A DNA stretch of 64,000 nucleotides, taken from Podarcis muralis. Its lineage: Eukaryota. Shown in pieces: positions 61,598 to 64,000 of the stretch. The DNA is taken from contig NC_135673.1 in the NCBI RefSeq assembly GCF_964188315.1, forward strand, positions 10,850,001 through 10,914,000. Direction: 5' to 3'. The notes below the pieces were generated by a model, which ran no database searches, had not been told where the DNA came from, and was given only the letters and a program-made list of their open reading frames with translations. Position 1 is the stretch's first letter. Each line of letters begins with the position of its first letter. The position numbers were made by a program, and so were the translations under genes.

Positions 61598-61853
61598 CCG
61601 TATTTTTCGCTCCATAGGGCGCACCAGACCATAGGGCGCACCTAGTTTTTAAGGGGGGGGGGGGAATAAAGGGAAAAAAAAAATTCTTTGCAGGCTGCTA
61701 TCCGCAAGCCTTCTGAGCCCGGTGGGAACCCGCACTGACCCCTCTCGCTCTCCAGGCTTCAGCGAAAGCCTGCATTCGCTCCATAGGACAAACACACATT
61801 TCCCCTTCATTTTTGGAGGGGGAAAAGTGAGTCCTATAGAGTGAAAAATACGG
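61598..61853. mobile_element. Tc1/mariner (CCGTATTTTTC-type) MITE
   Basis: TA|ccgtatttttcgctccatagg ... cctatagagtgaaaaatacgg|TA. Confidence 0.9.
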
Positions 61854-62760
61854 TACTTGTTATACTAAGTAGAGAAATACCCAGAGGGCTATTTTGAATG
61901 GTAACACACATACACACACACTTTGTTTAAGTACTATATAAATGTGATTCTAAAACATAAAACCTGCTCTGCTAAATGTTGAAGTGTGCAGTTACGGTTG
62001 TTGTCATACTCCAGAAAAGGAGTGATAACAATGCTGGAAATGTTCCATTTTCTAAGATTCAGTCCTAGTCTGTAGGCGTCTGTAAGATACCCCTGCAAAC
62101 TGCAAAAAATTATAAATTTCCCAGGTGTCAAAATAAGATGGTTAGGTACCTGTCACCAGGAACAGTGGTTTTTTAAAAACACTAAGTATAATACCAGTGG
62201 TGTTATTATGACCCTTGTTTGTTTATAGGGAGTCCAACCAAGCCTTCTAAAAATTGCCAAAGTACGGACAAGAGCTGGCCCACAAACTAAGCAAGTAGAG
62301 CTGCTCTATGCTGTGGAGGCAGCCTGCGCCGCCACTGACAAGGGTGATCCAAGAGCATACCCAGGCTGCAAATCTGTTCCTTCAGAGGGAATGTGACCCC
62401 ATCAAGAACAAGAACACCATTCACAACGGTTAAAATTCCCGAGTGTAGCCTTGGTACTAGAAGTGTCTCATTTGCTTCCTATCTCCAAGAAAGAACTCTT
62501 TTTTTAATTGGCTGCAAGCTCAGCAGCAACTCAACTCAAGTCTTTCTTTCCCAGAACTTTCAATGGCTGTTCCACTTAGGTCATTGCAATAACAGTAAAT
62601 GCCTTAAATGTAGTCCATGTATTAGACTGCAAGCATGTAGGAAGGGCTGTGCTGCTTTTAAATGTTTGTCCAGCAACAAGAAAACTTTAGGAGCCTTATA
62701 AACAAACCATTTCATGTACAATTCCATTTCAGGCCAGCTGGGTCTACAATTCATGAACAT

Positions 62761-63462
62761 CAGGGGTCGGCAAAAATTTTAACTGAGGGCAGGTCCCTCA
62801 GACCTTGTGGCAGGCCGGAGAAGCAGCATGGGGGGGGGGGGGAGAGGGAGCTGGAAGAAGAGGCGAGGGGGGCCAACCATTGTGCTTACCTTCCCAGGGG
62901 CACGATCCATAGCACATTTCATTCTCAGCAGTTCTTCAGGCGCTGAACAAGCAGCCTTGAAACGATTGCGGCTTACTTGCGATTAAGTGCGTCTTTAGGA
63001 CTCTTAGTGTCCGTGCATCCAATGGCAGGGCAGGGTGCATCTACGCGCCAAGATGTGGCATCTCCTGGCGGCGCAGGTGGAAGCAGGCGGGGAAGGGAAA
63101 GCGGACTTCTAGAGTTGGGGAGGAGCCAGAGCAGGCAGTGGGCGCTGTCTTGCCTCCTTGCAACGGGAGGAAGAGGCTGAGTGGCAGCGGCTCTGCCAAT
63201 CAGACATCGCGCCTGCTTTACCTAAGTGCGGTGTGGGGACATCTCTGCCAATCAAACGCTGCTGAGGTAAACCAGGCACAGCGTTTGATTGGCAAAGACG
63301 ATCCCGTGCCACACTGAGGTAAACAAGGTGCGGTGATTGAGTGGCAGAGCTGCATCGCCGGGAGTCTTGGCTTCACGGCGGGTTCCATCTTCACGGCGCA
63401 GGCCGGATTTACAACCCAGGTGGGCCTGATCCGGCCCGCAGGCCTTAGTTTGCCAACCCCTG
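62761..63462. mobile_element. hAT (Charlie-like) non-autonomous element, 702 bp
   Basis: TIRs caggggtcggcaaa / tttgccaacccctg, 8-bp TSD atgaacat / gtaaacat (6 of 8 match), and subterminal ccggcccgcaggcc. Confidence 0.88.
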
Positions 63463-64000
63463 GTAAACATTCTCAGTGGGTGGGAAGGATGCATCTAGCA
63501 TCAAGGAAAACAGGGTGTTTGGAAAATTAGGGCCACCAAAATCTGCCATTGGGTAAAAATTCAATGCGAAAAATATATAACTCAATCTTAGGAGGTTGTC
63601 CTGCTCAAGCCCCATTAAAATGAAAGATGTAAAAGAGAGTTCTTGTGTGGCTCTCATTCAAACCAATGGTTTATGTATGAGAACTTTGTGAAGAACTGGT
63701 CCCACAATAACTACTTGAGCACAGAGCAAATCTATTACCCAAGTTTCAGTTTTATAAAAAGTTAAGACATATCAGATTAAAGACACAAATGCAGTGGATA
63801 GTCTTGCACTGACTCTTATCTTAGGCTTTAAAATGTATAGATTTGTTATTTATAAAGTTATTATTGTAAATGAATCCCTCATTTTCATGGAAGGAAAAGC
63901 TCAAAAGACATATTTTTAAATTCCCATTTGTCGGATTTCAGCATCTGAAAAATGACGACATGCTTCTTGTAAAAAGCAAGCAATGCTGAGGAAGTTACAA

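Noticed and set aside
39686-64000. ANGPTL2, nested antisense in a RALGPS1 intron in mammals
   Set aside because: No signal peptide, coiled-coil or fibrinogen-domain coding segments were found on the plus strand. It probably lies in a more 5' intron outside the window.
58849-64000. The preceding RALGPS1 exon (…YIEELQKFVEDDNY)
   Set aside because: Not found in any minus frame that I read, so it must lie beyond position 64000.

Overview
Eukaryotic DNA from a squamate reptile. The Sauria SINE subfamilies, BovB and MITE content suggest a lacertid lizard, an inference from repeats only. Two protein-coding genes lie on the minus strand. (1) The 3' half of RALGPS1: 10 coding exons from 58848 to the stop at 20810. 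All have GT-AG boundaries and continuous phase, include an 81-nt cassette-type exon, and are followed by a long TE-poor 3'UTR. (2) Downstream of it, an intact 438-aa GT92/DUF23 glycosyltransferase ORF encoded in one exon (9657-10973, beta-1,4-galactosyltransferase-like, a family reported in birds, fish and amphibians but not mammals). The rest is intron/intergenic DNA with BovB, L1, L2, CR1, RTE-X-like and Penelope-like retroelement pieces, five Sauria SINEs, Tc1/mariner and hAT-type MITEs, a probable solo LTR, microsatellites and one 170-N gap. Top leads: the GT92 gene and its divergent catalytic loop; a fold-back Penelope-like insertion that appears to start at the predicted hammerhead cleavage site; and a composite MITE with 6-bp TSDs carrying a captured L2 3' tail. 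No tRNA, rRNA or CRISPR features were found. Family names come from motif recall, not database searches.
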